A stretch of 64,000 nucleotides of DNA from Thermodesulfobacteriota bacterium (lineage in GTDB: Bacteria > Desulfobacterota > Desulfarculia > JACQYL01). This document shows positions 45,967-55,996 of this stretch, one piece after another. The stretch covers positions 1,600,001 to 1,664,000 of the forward strand of contig CAXXLZ010000001.1 of NCBI GenBank assembly GCA_963675595.2, written 5' to 3'. The notes beneath the pieces are model-generated. The model worked only from the letters and a program-made list of their open reading frames with translations. It was not told where the DNA came from and did no database searches. Position 1 is the first letter of the stretch, and every line of letters begins with the position of its first letter. The translations under genes and the position numbers were made by a program.

Positions 45967-48693
45967 TCAGCGAGTATCGTCCTCCGAAGAGGCTCGGGTG
46001 TCCACTAGACCAAAGGTTATCAATATCTGAGCCGGAATCAGGGGCAATAGACTCATGAAGAGAATCAGCAGCCACCCCGAGACTCCCGGTTTGACCAGAT
46101 GCAGGATTTCGGACAACCCGGGAACGTAAACCGCGGCCGACAATAAGGCGACACACAGAGCCAATGCCTGCCAAATGAACGGGTTTCTCGTGATTTCATT
46201 GGAGAGGAGATTCGAACCGGCATCTCGCATGTTGAATACATGCCAAAGCCTGGAAAAAGACAGGGTGAGGAAGGAGATGGTGACCGCCCGGGGAACGGTC
46301 ATCCCGAGCGGGAGTAAGGCAATGGAAAAGGCCCCCAACACCGTAGAAGCGATCATCAGGCCGTGGACACAGATGAACCCCCAATGTCGACGCGTGAGAA
46401 TGCGTTCCTTGAGACTCAACGGGCGCCGTATCTTGTCGCCCGGCTCCCCGCCGCCGACTCCCAAGGCCAGAGCCGGAAACACGTCGCCGATCATATTGAG
46501 ATACAGTATCTGCAGGGGCAGCAAAGGCAGGGGCGCGTCGGCCGCCCAGGCCAACGAGACGATGAGAATTTCACCGACATTTCCGGAAAGCAGAAAAAGA
46601 ATGAATTTGCGGATATTGTTCAAAATGGCTCGGCCGTATTCAATCGCCACGACAATGGTCCCGAAGGAATCGTCCAGAAGCACCATGTCCGCGGTCTCCT
46701 TGGCCGATTGAGTACCCCGCCGGCCCATGGCCACCCCGATATCGGCCTTCTTGAGCGCCGGAGCGTCGTTGACGCCGTCACCGGTCATGGCCACCACGGA
46801 CCCTTCTCGTTGATGCAGTTCGATGAGCTCAAGTTTGTTCTCGGGGCTGACCCGTGCAAAAATCGACGCCTTCAGAAACCTCCTTCGATCTTCTTCGGAA
46901 CTCGCTTCAGGAGAAAGCAATTCTTTCCCTAAAACGACTTCATCCGGTTCCCCGTCCACCAGGCCAACGGCTTGGGCCATATAGCGCGCCGTTTCCGGCT
47001 GGTCTCCTGTGGCCATAACGACCCTGATCCCGGCCGCACGACAAGCGGACACAGCCTGGGGGACCTCCCCGCGAGGAGGATCCAACAAGGCGACCATGCC
47101 CAAAAATTCCAGATTCCGGTAGGGGGGATCATCTTCGCGGTGGCCGTGTTTGCCGGCGAGAGCCAGGACTCTGAATCCGTCCGCGGCCAGCCTGCGATTC
47201 ACCTCCAACCACGCTTCCCTCTCTTCATCTCCCCATTCCCGGCCACCTTCCTCCGTGCGGATTCGTGTGCACGTTTCCACCACCGGTTCCGGAGCCCCTT
47301 TAACGGCGGTGCGATACCCCTCTCCACCTCCATGCACCGTGGCCATCATCTTGGAATCCGAATCAAAAGCGTCCTCCCGAACTTCCGGAACCTTCTCGAG
47401 GAGTTCGTCGCGAAAGATCCCAAAACGGGCGCCGGCCTCAAGGAGAGCGATTTCGAGAGGGTCTCCCACGGGCTCTTCGTCGGAATCATCCGGATCACGG
47501 GCCAGGGAGGCGTTGTTGCACAGCACGCCGACTTCCAGGGCACCTCTCAAAAGGGTATTCTCCGCGAGGTTCGGTAGCGCGTTGTCACCGGACTTCGCGT
47601 CTTGTGAGCCCTCATCGGCGTCGATCATATTGAACTCACCGGAATCCAGAATTACCCGCCGCACGGTCATGCGGTTTTCGGTCAACGTGCCGGTTTTATC
47701 CGTGAAGATCACGTTGGTAGACCCCAGTGTTTCGATGGCCGACAGCCGGTTGACCAGCGCGTTGTGTCGGGCCATACGCCGCATGCCGCGTGCAAGGGCA
47801 AGCGTAGCCACAATGGGCAACCCTTCGGGAATGGCCGCAACGGCCAACGCAATGGCGGTTTCAATGACCAGCAGGGTTTCCTTTCCACTGATCAATCCGG
47901 TGACCGCCACCAGGACCCCGATCGCCATGGTTACCCACACCAAGCGCCTACCCAGGCGATCCAATCTTTTCTCCAGAGGGGTTTTCTCTTCTTCCGCTTC
48001 CCGCACAAGGGACGATATCCGACCCAATTCCGTGTCCATGCCACCGGCGACCACGACCCCCTTACCCGAACCTCGCGTCACCGAAGTGCCTTTGAACAAC
48101 ATGTTGTACCGCTCGGCAAGCGGGGTGGATTCATCCAAAGCGGAAAGCGCCTTGGACACCGGCACGGACTCTCCGGTCAATGCCGCTTCTCCGGCTTCCA
48201 GCTTGTTCGCTTCTATAAGGCGAAGATCGGCCGTCACCAGATCCCCTCCGTCGATAACGACGACGTCTCCCGGCACCAGATCCGCGGCCGAGAGTTCTTG
48301 GATCCCGCCTTCCCGTAACACCTTGGCGGTGACTTTGTTGAGTTTGGTGAGTGCTTCCATGGAGCGAACCGCTCGGAACTCGGTGAAAAAGCCGATCATC
48401 GCATTGATGATCAAAGCGGCTCCAATAGCCGCCGTTTCCACCAGATTGCCGAAAGCGAGCGCCAGAACCGCGGCGATCACCAAGAGCAGTGGAATCAGCC
48501 CCTTGAACTGGTCCCCCAAGATGTTCCAAGGCCTCCTGGGCTGAGTGCTTCGAAGAAGATTGGGGCCGAATCGGTTCCTCCGAGCGGAAACTTCTCCAAG
48601 ATCGAGACCTCCGCCGGGATCGACCTCCAGTTCATCCAAAATTGATTGGTAATCACGCGTCCACGGTTGGGTCGGAAGATTCCTGATGGTCAT
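45967..48693 (-). CDS. Cation-transporting P-type ATPase (P2A/Ca2+-type)
   Basis: LTGES, AIPEGL, DKTGTLT, KGAPE, TGD, MTGDGVNDAPAL. Confidence 0.93.
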   Translation of the reverse strand: MTIRNLPTQPWTRDYQSILDELEVDPGGGLDLGEVSARRNRFGPNLLRSTQPRRPWNILGDQFKGLIPLLLVIAAVLALAFGNLVETAAIGAALIINAMIGFFTEFRAVRSMEALTKLNKVTAKVLREGGIQELSAADLVPGDVVVIDGGDLVTADLRLIEANKLEAGEAALTGESVPVSKALSALDESTPLAERYNMLFKGTSVTRGSGKGVVVAGGMDTELGRISSLVREAEEEKTPLEKRLDRLGRRLVWVTMAIGVLVAVTGLISGKETLLVIETAIALAVAAIPEGLPIVATLALARGMRRMARHNALVNRLSAIETLGSTNVIFTDKTGTLTENRMTVRRVILDSGEFNMIDADEGSQDAKSGDNALPNLAENTLLRGALEVGVLCNNASLARDPDDSDEEPVGDPLEIALLEAGARFGIFRDELLEKVPEVREDAFDSDSKMMATVHGGGEGYRTAVKGAPEPVVETCTRIRTEEGGREWGDEEREAWLEVNRRLAADGFRVLALAGKHGHREDDPPYRNLEFLGMVALLDPPRGEVPQAVSACRAAGIRVVMATGDQPETARYMAQAVGLVDGEPDEVVLGKELLSPEASSEEDRRRFLKASIFARVSPENKLELIELHQREGSVVAMTGDGVNDAPALKKADIGVAMGRRGTQSAKETADMVLLDDSFGTIVVAIEYGRAILNNIRKFILFLLSGNVGEILIVSLAWAADAPLPLLPLQILYLNMIGDVFPALALGVGGGEPGDKIRRPLSLKERILTRRHWGFICVHGLMIASTVLGAFSIALLPLGMTVPRAVTISFLTLSFSRLWHVFNMRDAGSNLLSNEITRNPFIWQALALCVALLSAAVYVPGLSEILHLVKPGVSGWLLILFMSLLPLIPAQILITFGLVDTRASSEDDTR

Positions 48694-48848
48694 GAATGAC
48701 TGCCGCCGAATGAAAGAGGATTGGTTTTCGCCCAAGACGGACGCACTGCGTGCGTAGCCTTGACGTGCGAATGAGGATACCTTCGGAATAACAATCTAAA
48801 TCTCATAGGGTTATGATAATAAGTTAACTCAATATATCAAGTGTGCAA

Positions 48849-49577
48849 TCAGCTCAACATCCCACGAAGACTCAAAGCGTCTTGAACGGCATAGCCCGCT
48901 TCATCGTTGTCGAAGTAGCAGTAGACCTCTATCCCTGAGGCCATCCAGGAGGAAATTGCGCCGGCCCAGTCCGCCAGGGTCTGAACGTCGTAACTTCCCC
49001 GGTAGGCTTCTCCCGGTCCGTGAAGACGGATGTAGACGAAATCCGCGGTGATCTCTCTGGGAGACCGTCTTCCGCCGATCTCGTAAATGCAGAAGGCGGC
49101 GCCATGCTCCTCAAGGACGCGGTACGCCGTTGCCGTCAACCAACTGGGGTCTCGAAGTTCAAAGGCGTAGCGGAAGCCTTTGGGAAGGTGTTTCAGGAAA
49201 GTCTTAAGTCGGTCGGCGTTGAAATGAAACCGGGGCGGCAGTTGGAACAGCACCGGCCCCAGTTGTTCTCCCAGAACTTGAATTACGGACAGAAAAGCCG
49301 GCAGCGATTTGTCCGGGTCCTTCAGCTTCTTGATGTGCGTGATGTAGCGGCTCGCTTTCACCGCGAACAGGAAGTCGTCCCTTACGGTGCGTTTCCAGGC
49401 GAGGAGAGCCTTTTCCTCGGGAAGCCGATAGAAGGTATGGTTGATCTCCACCGTATCGAATGCGTGGCCGTAATATTCGAGAAAATCCGCTTTGGGCAGG
49501 TGCGAGGGATAAAACGCGCCACGCCAATGCTCGTAATGGAATCCGGAGGTTCCGATATGGAACGGCGCTCGCGTCAT
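48849..49577 (-). CDS. DUF72 family protein
   Basis: IGTSG, F.TVEIN.TFYR, KAS..ITH, LFQLPP, YIRLHG, YFDND. Confidence 0.92.
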   Translation of the reverse strand: MTRAPFHIGTSGFHYEHWRGAFYPSHLPKADFLEYYGHAFDTVEINHTFYRLPEEKALLAWKRTVRDDFLFAVKASRYITHIKKLKDPDKSLPAFLSVIQVLGEQLGPVLFQLPPRFHFNADRLKTFLKHLPKGFRYAFELRDPSWLTATAYRVLEEHGAAFCIYEIGGRRSPREITADFVYIRLHGPGEAYRGSYDVQTLADWAGAISSWMASGIEVYCYFDNDEAGYAVQDALSLRGMLS

Positions 49578-49752
49578 TTTAGGGGTATCAGTTCGAATCC
49601 TAATGTGGGGGCGAGGAGCAGGATTCGGTCTTTCCTATTTCAGGTAGAGCCAATTCAGTCTTCATGTACGGCTGCACCACCGCCCTCAAATCCCTTGGAA
49701 TAAATTCCCGTAAGATCAACATCCGAAGGCTTTTGCGAAAAGGATTCAAGGA

Positions 49753-50181
49753 TTAGCGGTTCGGTTCCGAAGGCTTGGATACCTCCTGAATCAACTCACC
49801 CGCCGGCCCCTTTCCGATGCTTTCCGCCAAATCTCCCAAAGACAGCACACCGGTTACCTTGCCCTAACCACCAATGACCGGAAGCCTGCGGATTTGCTCC
49901 GTCTCCATTAATCTCGCCGCGTCGGAAACATCCGCTTCCTCCGCACAGGAAACGACCTTTTCGCTCATGGCTTCCCCAACGTGCGCACCGGTGGGATCGA
50001 GGCCGGAAGCCACCCCGCGAACAACAATATCACGATCGGTGATGATCCCTTTCAGGTCATTACCTTCCGACACCGGGATCGCTCCTATGTTCATTTCTTT
50101 CATGATCCGGGCGGCCTCCATGAGCCTAGCGTCCGAACCGATGAATTTAACGTCTCTCGTCATGATTTCTTCCACCTACAT
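49753..50181 (-). pseudogene. CBS-pair protein (Hrp1-like) with two in-frame TAG codons
   Basis: AAGGAG RBS, then ATG-TAG-GTG-GAA...; GIITDRDI, IRRLPV, TAG at 49866-49864, then in-frame GKVTGVLSLGDL...EVSKPSEPNR-TAA (142 codons before the TAA). Confidence 0.75.
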
Positions 50182-50662
50182 GCCGTCTCCTTATTTTTTG
50201 AGGTTCAATAAAAGGTCTCAACGACCGGCGGACGTTCCTCAAGATTCGGGCCGCAAAGAGACTTTCTTTGGATGAAACGAATATGGCAGTCCATAAGGTC
50301 GGGCCTGATCTTCTTTTGCCTGAACCCCAATCTCAAAGAATATCCTACCGCACTATGCCGGCAAATCGGCATCCGGTTCATGACCGATTTTTCCAATACC
50401 GACCCTAGGCGGCCTAAAATTCAGCCCGACTCTCGACAGTCTGAAGTGGCCCGGTATTCATGAACTCGAAGGCACATAGAGAAGGATGCACTGAAGAACC
50501 ACCAAAACAGGTGGGCTCTGTAGGACGCATTTCTGGTGTCCACACCGGATATCAACTACGACGCGCATAAGATAGTTTTTGCAGGCAAATAGAGCTTCGA
50601 ACGGCTCAGCCGATTCGAAAGCTTTCAGGCTTACCTGTAACCTTTAATCAAAGGGGACGTTC

Positions 50663-52207
50663 ATGAGAATACAAAGCCGATTCTTTTCTTTAGATTTCTT
50701 CGTAATCATGATTGCGTGCTTTCTGTCTTGCCTACTGTGGACTTATACCGTATCGGCGATGATGGGCGACCGAGAGATCACCGATATCGCGGTCAAACAC
50801 GCCGTGAACCATGAACTACTTGTTGATCCGGTGGCTGTTTTCGATGGTGTCGATGTGGAAGTTGCCGACGGAATCGTGGAACTGTCGGGAACCGTCGACA
50901 ACATTCTCTCCAAGGATCGGGCGAGACGCATCGCCGAAGCGGTGAAGGGAGTCCGGTCCGTAGTCAATCTAGTAAGCGTCGTTCCCTCGGTATCAAGGTC
51001 GGACTCGGTCATCCAAGAAGAGGTGAAGGATGCGCTGAGAGATGATCCCGCCACCGACTCCTTCGAAATCATTGTCATGGTCGACCACAACGAAGTGACG
51101 CTCTTGGGAGACGTGGATTCATGGCAGGAACGTCTTCTCGCGGAACGAACGGCGAAACGGGTCAAAGAAGTCAAGAAAGTCGACAACCAGATCAAGGTGA
51201 CTTACGGAGAGGAACGCGACGACGGTGAAATCAAGACCGAAATCGAGCAAGCCCTTAGATGGCATGTCCTCGTTGACGACGCCTTGATCGATGTGAACGT
51301 GGAGAAAGGCGACGTGAGACTTTCGGGGGTCGTGGGAAGTGCCGCCGAAAAGCGGATCGCAACCGCTCATTCTTGGGTCGCGGGCGTCAAGTCCGTAAAC
51401 AACGATGATATGCGCGTTGAAAGATGGGCCAGAGATGAAGATCTTCGGAAAAATAAGTTCGTGCTCAAAACCGATCAACAGATCGCGCAGGCCGTAGAAG
51501 ACGCCTTCCTGTATGATCCGAGGGTCTACTCATTTGACGTAGGTGTTTCCGTGTCCAACGGGGTGGTCACACTTACCGGCGTGGTCGATAATCTCAAAGC
51601 CAAACGAGCGGCGGCTCGGGACGCCCGAAACACCGTGGGCGTGTTCAGGGTCCGAAATCAGATGAAGGTACGACCTGAAACCGCAATCAGCGACCGAAAA
51701 CTCGCGCGTAAGGTGAGGACGGCCCTTCTGCGTAATCCTTTCACGGAATCCTACGAAATCCGGCGGGTGGTCGTTCGGAATGGTGTGGTGGACCTTTACG
51801 GCTCCGTCGATACGTCTTTTGAAAAAGCCGAGGCCGAAGACGTCGCGGCTCGGGTGAACGGCGTGGTTCGTGTGGACAACAACCTTGTTTCCGCCGAATA
51901 CGCCGCCCCACTCCTGTACGACCCGTATGTGGACGATTTCTATCCTTACGATTACCGATGGTCCGGGCCGACCCTCGCTTATCCTCTGGAAAACGATCGG
52001 GAGATCAAAGCGGATATCGAGGACGAACTGTGGTGGAGTCCTTTCGTGGATTCCGATGATGTGAAGGTTTCCGTTGACGAGGGTCGAGCGATACTTACCG
52101 GAGCGGTGGACTCTTGGTCGGAATACCACGCAGCCTCGGAGAATGCGCTGGAGGGTGGAGCCGTTTGGGTCACCAATAACCTCGTCGTAAAGTCAAATCC
52201 GGGATGA
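50663..52207 (+). CDS. Multi-BON-domain (OsmY-like) exported protein, six BON repeats
   Basis: N-terminal hydrophobic signal; six D..I...V...L...I.V.V..G.V.L.G.V....A...A....GV..V.N repeats. Confidence 0.88.
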   Translation: MRIQSRFFSLDFFVIMIACFLSCLLWTYTVSAMMGDREITDIAVKHAVNHELLVDPVAVFDGVDVEVADGIVELSGTVDNILSKDRARRIAEAVKGVRSVVNLVSVVPSVSRSDSVIQEEVKDALRDDPATDSFEIIVMVDHNEVTLLGDVDSWQERLLAERTAKRVKEVKKVDNQIKVTYGEERDDGEIKTEIEQALRWHVLVDDALIDVNVEKGDVRLSGVVGSAAEKRIATAHSWVAGVKSVNNDDMRVERWARDEDLRKNKFVLKTDQQIAQAVEDAFLYDPRVYSFDVGVSVSNGVVTLTGVVDNLKAKRAAARDARNTVGVFRVRNQMKVRPETAISDRKLARKVRTALLRNPFTESYEIRRVVVRNGVVDLYGSVDTSFEKAEAEDVAARVNGVVRVDNNLVSAEYAAPLLYDPYVDDFYPYDYRWSGPTLAYPLENDREIKADIEDELWWSPFVDSDDVKVSVDEGRAILTGAVDSWSEYHAASENALEGGAVWVTNNLVVKSNPG

Positions 52208-52742
52208 TCAGGATTGAGCAGGACATGGGCACTTTGGGCACTTCCAACCGCATCGAAAATCGGCTTGTCGGCATCGTCCTTTCATACCGTGACCGACAAG
52301 TTGTTTCGGCTGATTCGCTGTGGCTCTCCAACGCTCCCGTTAGGAGGAAAGAATTCGAACTTGTCGTTTCGTCGTTCGCGGGTCCTCGCCCTTGGTGCGC
52401 GGCTGAAACGCCTTGGGGGTGAAACCGTGGATGCCTCACTCAACTCGTGCTCCACTTTCCATATAGTCCTCCTACTTGAACATCGGGCATCTATAGATGT
52501 GCCTCGCTTCGCTCAAATTGTAACCTTGCGCTCATCCGGGAGAACATTTCACTTCCGCTCCTCAAGCGATGTTTGATTTCGGTGTTTTTGTCGTCTGGGA
52601 ATATCGTTCAACCGCCCAAGCGCATAATAGCCGAGGCTGCCTCCTAAGATCACGACACGGCTAAATCGTCTATTACGAGCGAGTAATTTTGACAAACACA
52701 CTGAAAACCTCATTGAAGTATCGGTAACTAACAGGATATACT

Positions 52743-53204
52743 ATGGATATGCAGAAAGATGAGCTTGCCAAATTAGGGCATTATCTTTGCAAAGATCATG
52801 AAGATCCATTGGTCGCATTTTTGCATAAGGTAATTCATTTAACTATAAAAATACTTTCTATATTGATGGTTTTAGTTATTGTATGGGGTATAGGGGACGT
52901 TGTTTACGTATTATACGGAAGATTAATCAATCCACCTTTTCTTCTATTGAGAATAAATGATATATTGTCAACATTTGGTTCATTTTTGGCAGTATTGATA
53001 GCCGTTGAAATATTCATAAATATTACGATGTATTTAAAGACAGATGTTATCCCTGTAAGGCTTGTTGTGGCAACCGCATTAATGGCTATAGCGCGTAAGG
53101 TAATCATTTTCGATTTTGAAGAAATTACCGCGTCATTTGTCATCGCAACTTCAACCACAATATTCGCGCTTGGAATTACTTATTATTTAATTTCAAGAAA
53201 ATGA
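52743..53204 (+). CDS. Phosphate-starvation-inducible PsiE family membrane protein
   Basis: Four TM; LAVLIAVEIF.NI..Y, ATALMAIARKVII.D; markedly AT-rich. Confidence 0.85.
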   Translation: MDMQKDELAKLGHYLCKDHEDPLVAFLHKVIHLTIKILSILMVLVIVWGIGDVVYVLYGRLINPPFLLLRINDILSTFGSFLAVLIAVEIFINITMYLKTDVIPVRLVVATALMAIARKVIIFDFEEITASFVIATSTTIFALGITYYLISRK

Positions 53205-53546
53205 CCATGTTTTTGTTGAAATAAACATTAAATAAGTGAACTTCGCCGAATAAAGTCAAGGAAATAATTGACCGATCTGGGACACTGAAAAGCAAATTAG
53301 AAGTTAATATATTCTTCGCTCATCTCAATAACCCCGTGAGCAGTTTCCTATTCTGAGTGTCTGATTAGGAAAATGGGGCGTTGACCCCATCCAATTTCTC
53401 TCTGCTCTCGGGTATATTCAATGTGTATCACAATCTCCATTGGTTTCTTCTTTCATTAAGCACCACCCATCCGAAGCGAACCCAATGAATCCTTGTTTCA
53501 GAATCCGCGTGAATGAAAGAAGCGCCTCTTTTCAGGAGCTTTACAG

Positions 53547-55934
53547 ATGACCGAAACCGAGAAATACGTCCGTTGGTTCGAAAGTTTGTCCTCACGGGAC
53601 ACGAAGCTCGTAGGGGGAAAGAATTCCTCCCTGGGAGAGATGATCAGTAATTTGAAGCAAAAAGGAATCGCCGTCCCCGACGGCTTCGCCACCACTGCCG
53701 AAGCCTACGCCCGATTTCTTGAGTCCAATGAGCTGGAGGAACGCATTCGCGATTTGATTCGCTCCTATCGCGAGGGCCGGAAACCTCTGGCAAAGGTGGG
53801 TAGATCCATCCGTAAGCTGTTCATTGATACTCGATTTCCCGATGAGATGAACAAGGCGCTTCGAACCTCCTATCGAGAACTGGGCGAACGGTACGGCGGG
53901 GAGGAGCCGGATGTGGCGGTAAGAAGCAGCGCCACCGCCGAAGACCTCCAGGACGCCAGTTTCGCGGGTCAGCAGGAGACCTTTCTCAATGTGGTCGGTG
54001 AGGAGGAACTGCTGGACGCCTGCAAGAAATGTTTCGCCTCTCTTTTCACCGATCGTGCCATCAGCTACCGGGAAGAGAAAGGATTTGATCACATGCGGGT
54101 GGCGCTTTCCGTGGGGGTGCAGAAGATGGTCCGCTCGGACCGAGCCGGTGCCGGCGTCATGTTCACATTGGATACGGAAACGGGCTTCCCGGACGTGGTG
54201 GTCCTCAACGCGGCTTGGGGTTTGGGTGAAAACGTGGTTCAGGGAAACGTGAACCCGGATCAATACACCGCTTTCAAGCCTCTCCTGGACAAGAATTCCC
54301 TCAGCCCGATTATAGAAAAGCGCCTAGGAAGCAAAGAGAAGAAGATGGTCTACAGCGACGGGGGAAGTCGAACGACAAGAAACATCGACACGCCCAAAGC
54401 GGACCGCCGCAGATTCGTACTTAACGACGATGAGATTCTTTCTCTGTCACGCTGGGCTTCTCTGATCGAAAAGCACTATGGCCGCCCCATGGACATTGAA
54501 TGGGCCAAAGACGGAGAAAACGGCGAGCTGTACATCTTGCAGGCGCGCCCGGAAACGGTCCAGTCGACCAGACAGGGAGCGACTCTGAAGACTTACTCCC
54601 TGAAAGGCAAAGGTAGACGTCTTATCGAAGGATTGAGCATCGGGCGGGCTATTGCCGCCGGCCCCGTAAATCTGATCAAGAGCACGGATCAGATCGATCA
54701 GTTCCAGGATAATGCCATTCTGGTCACCGAAATGACCGACCCGAATTGGGTGCCCATTATGAAGCGGGCCGCGGGTATCATCACCGATTCCGGTGGGCGT
54801 ACCTGCCACGCCGCCATCGTGGGCAGAGAATTGGGAATTCCCGCGGTGGTGGGAACAGGCGATGCAACCGAGGTGTTGAAGGACGGCATGGAAGTCACCC
54901 TATCCTGCGCCGAAGGTGACGAAGGATATGTTTACGAGGGCATTCTCGACTTCGATGAAACGGAAAAAGACCTTGATAATACGCCGTCAACCGAGACCCA
55001 TGTGATGATGAATATCGCAAGCCCGGCTGCGGCGTTTCTTTGGTGGCGGCTTCCGTGCAAAGGAATCGGCTTGGCCAGAATGGAGTTCATCATTAACAAC
55101 GTCATCAAGATTCACCCCATGGCGCTGGTTCGGTACGACGATCTGGACGACCGGGGGGTTCAAAAGGAAATCGATGAATTGACCTTCGGGTGCGAAAATA
55201 AGACCGACTATTTCGTAGAACACTTGGCCCAAGGAATCGCCAAGATCGCCGCCTCTCAATTCCCGGACCCGGTCATTGTCCGTATGAGCGACTTCAAAAC
55301 CAATGAATACGCCAATTTGATCGGCGGCAGCGGTTTCGAACCCGGCGAAGAGAATCCCATGCTGGGTTTTCGAGGTGCTTCGAGATATTACAGCGATCGC
55401 TACAAGGAAGGCTTTCAACTCGAATGCCTGGCCGTCAGGCGCGTTCGTGAGACCATAGGCCTGGACAACGTTTGGGTGATGATTCCTTTTTGCCGCACTC
55501 TCTCGGAAGCGGATCAGGTTTTGGAGACGATGAAGGAATTCGGACTCGAACGAGGACAGAGAGGACTCAAAGTCTATGTGATGTGCGAAATCCCCTCCAA
55601 TGTCCTGCTTGCCGATCGTTTTGCCCGGCGGTTCGACGGTTTTTCCATAGGGAGCAACGACCTGACCCAACTCACCTTGGGCATCGACCGGGACTCGGCG
55701 GAACTGGCCGACTTGTTCGACGAACGTAATGACGCCGTGAAGGAATTGATTCGAATGGTCATAAGGAAGGCCCATCAGGCTGGATGCAAAGTGGGTATAT
55801 GCGGTCAGGCTCCCAGCGACTACCCGGAATTCGCGGAATTCCTGGTTCGTGAGGGCATCGATTCCATCTCTCTCAACCCCGACCGAGTGATGGACACCTT
55901 GGACTTAATCGCCCAAGTGGAGAATAAGGTTTAA
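53547..55934 (+). CDS. ppsA: Phosphoenolpyruvate synthase
   Basis: VGGKN.SLGEM, VRSSATAED, QARPETV, GGRTCHAAI, EENPMLGFRGA, FSIGSNDLTQ, ICGQAPSD. Confidence 0.96.
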   Translation: MTETEKYVRWFESLSSRDTKLVGGKNSSLGEMISNLKQKGIAVPDGFATTAEAYARFLESNELEERIRDLIRSYREGRKPLAKVGRSIRKLFIDTRFPDEMNKALRTSYRELGERYGGEEPDVAVRSSATAEDLQDASFAGQQETFLNVVGEEELLDACKKCFASLFTDRAISYREEKGFDHMRVALSVGVQKMVRSDRAGAGVMFTLDTETGFPDVVVLNAAWGLGENVVQGNVNPDQYTAFKPLLDKNSLSPIIEKRLGSKEKKMVYSDGGSRTTRNIDTPKADRRRFVLNDDEILSLSRWASLIEKHYGRPMDIEWAKDGENGELYILQARPETVQSTRQGATLKTYSLKGKGRRLIEGLSIGRAIAAGPVNLIKSTDQIDQFQDNAILVTEMTDPNWVPIMKRAAGIITDSGGRTCHAAIVGRELGIPAVVGTGDATEVLKDGMEVTLSCAEGDEGYVYEGILDFDETEKDLDNTPSTETHVMMNIASPAAAFLWWRLPCKGIGLARMEFIINNVIKIHPMALVRYDDLDDRGVQKEIDELTFGCENKTDYFVEHLAQGIAKIAASQFPDPVIVRMSDFKTNEYANLIGGSGFEPGEENPMLGFRGASRYYSDRYKEGFQLECLAVRRVRETIGLDNVWVMIPFCRTLSEADQVLETMKEFGLERGQRGLKVYVMCEIPSNVLLADRFARRFDGFSIGSNDLTQLTLGIDRDSAELADLFDERNDAVKELIRMVIRKAHQAGCKVGICGQAPSDYPEFAEFLVREGIDSISLNPDRVMDTLDLIAQVENKV

Positions 55935-55996
55935 CTTCGGTGCCGGTCGGTTCCGTTATCAAATCCGTAGATGTGACAAGATGGATGGAGGCGAGA

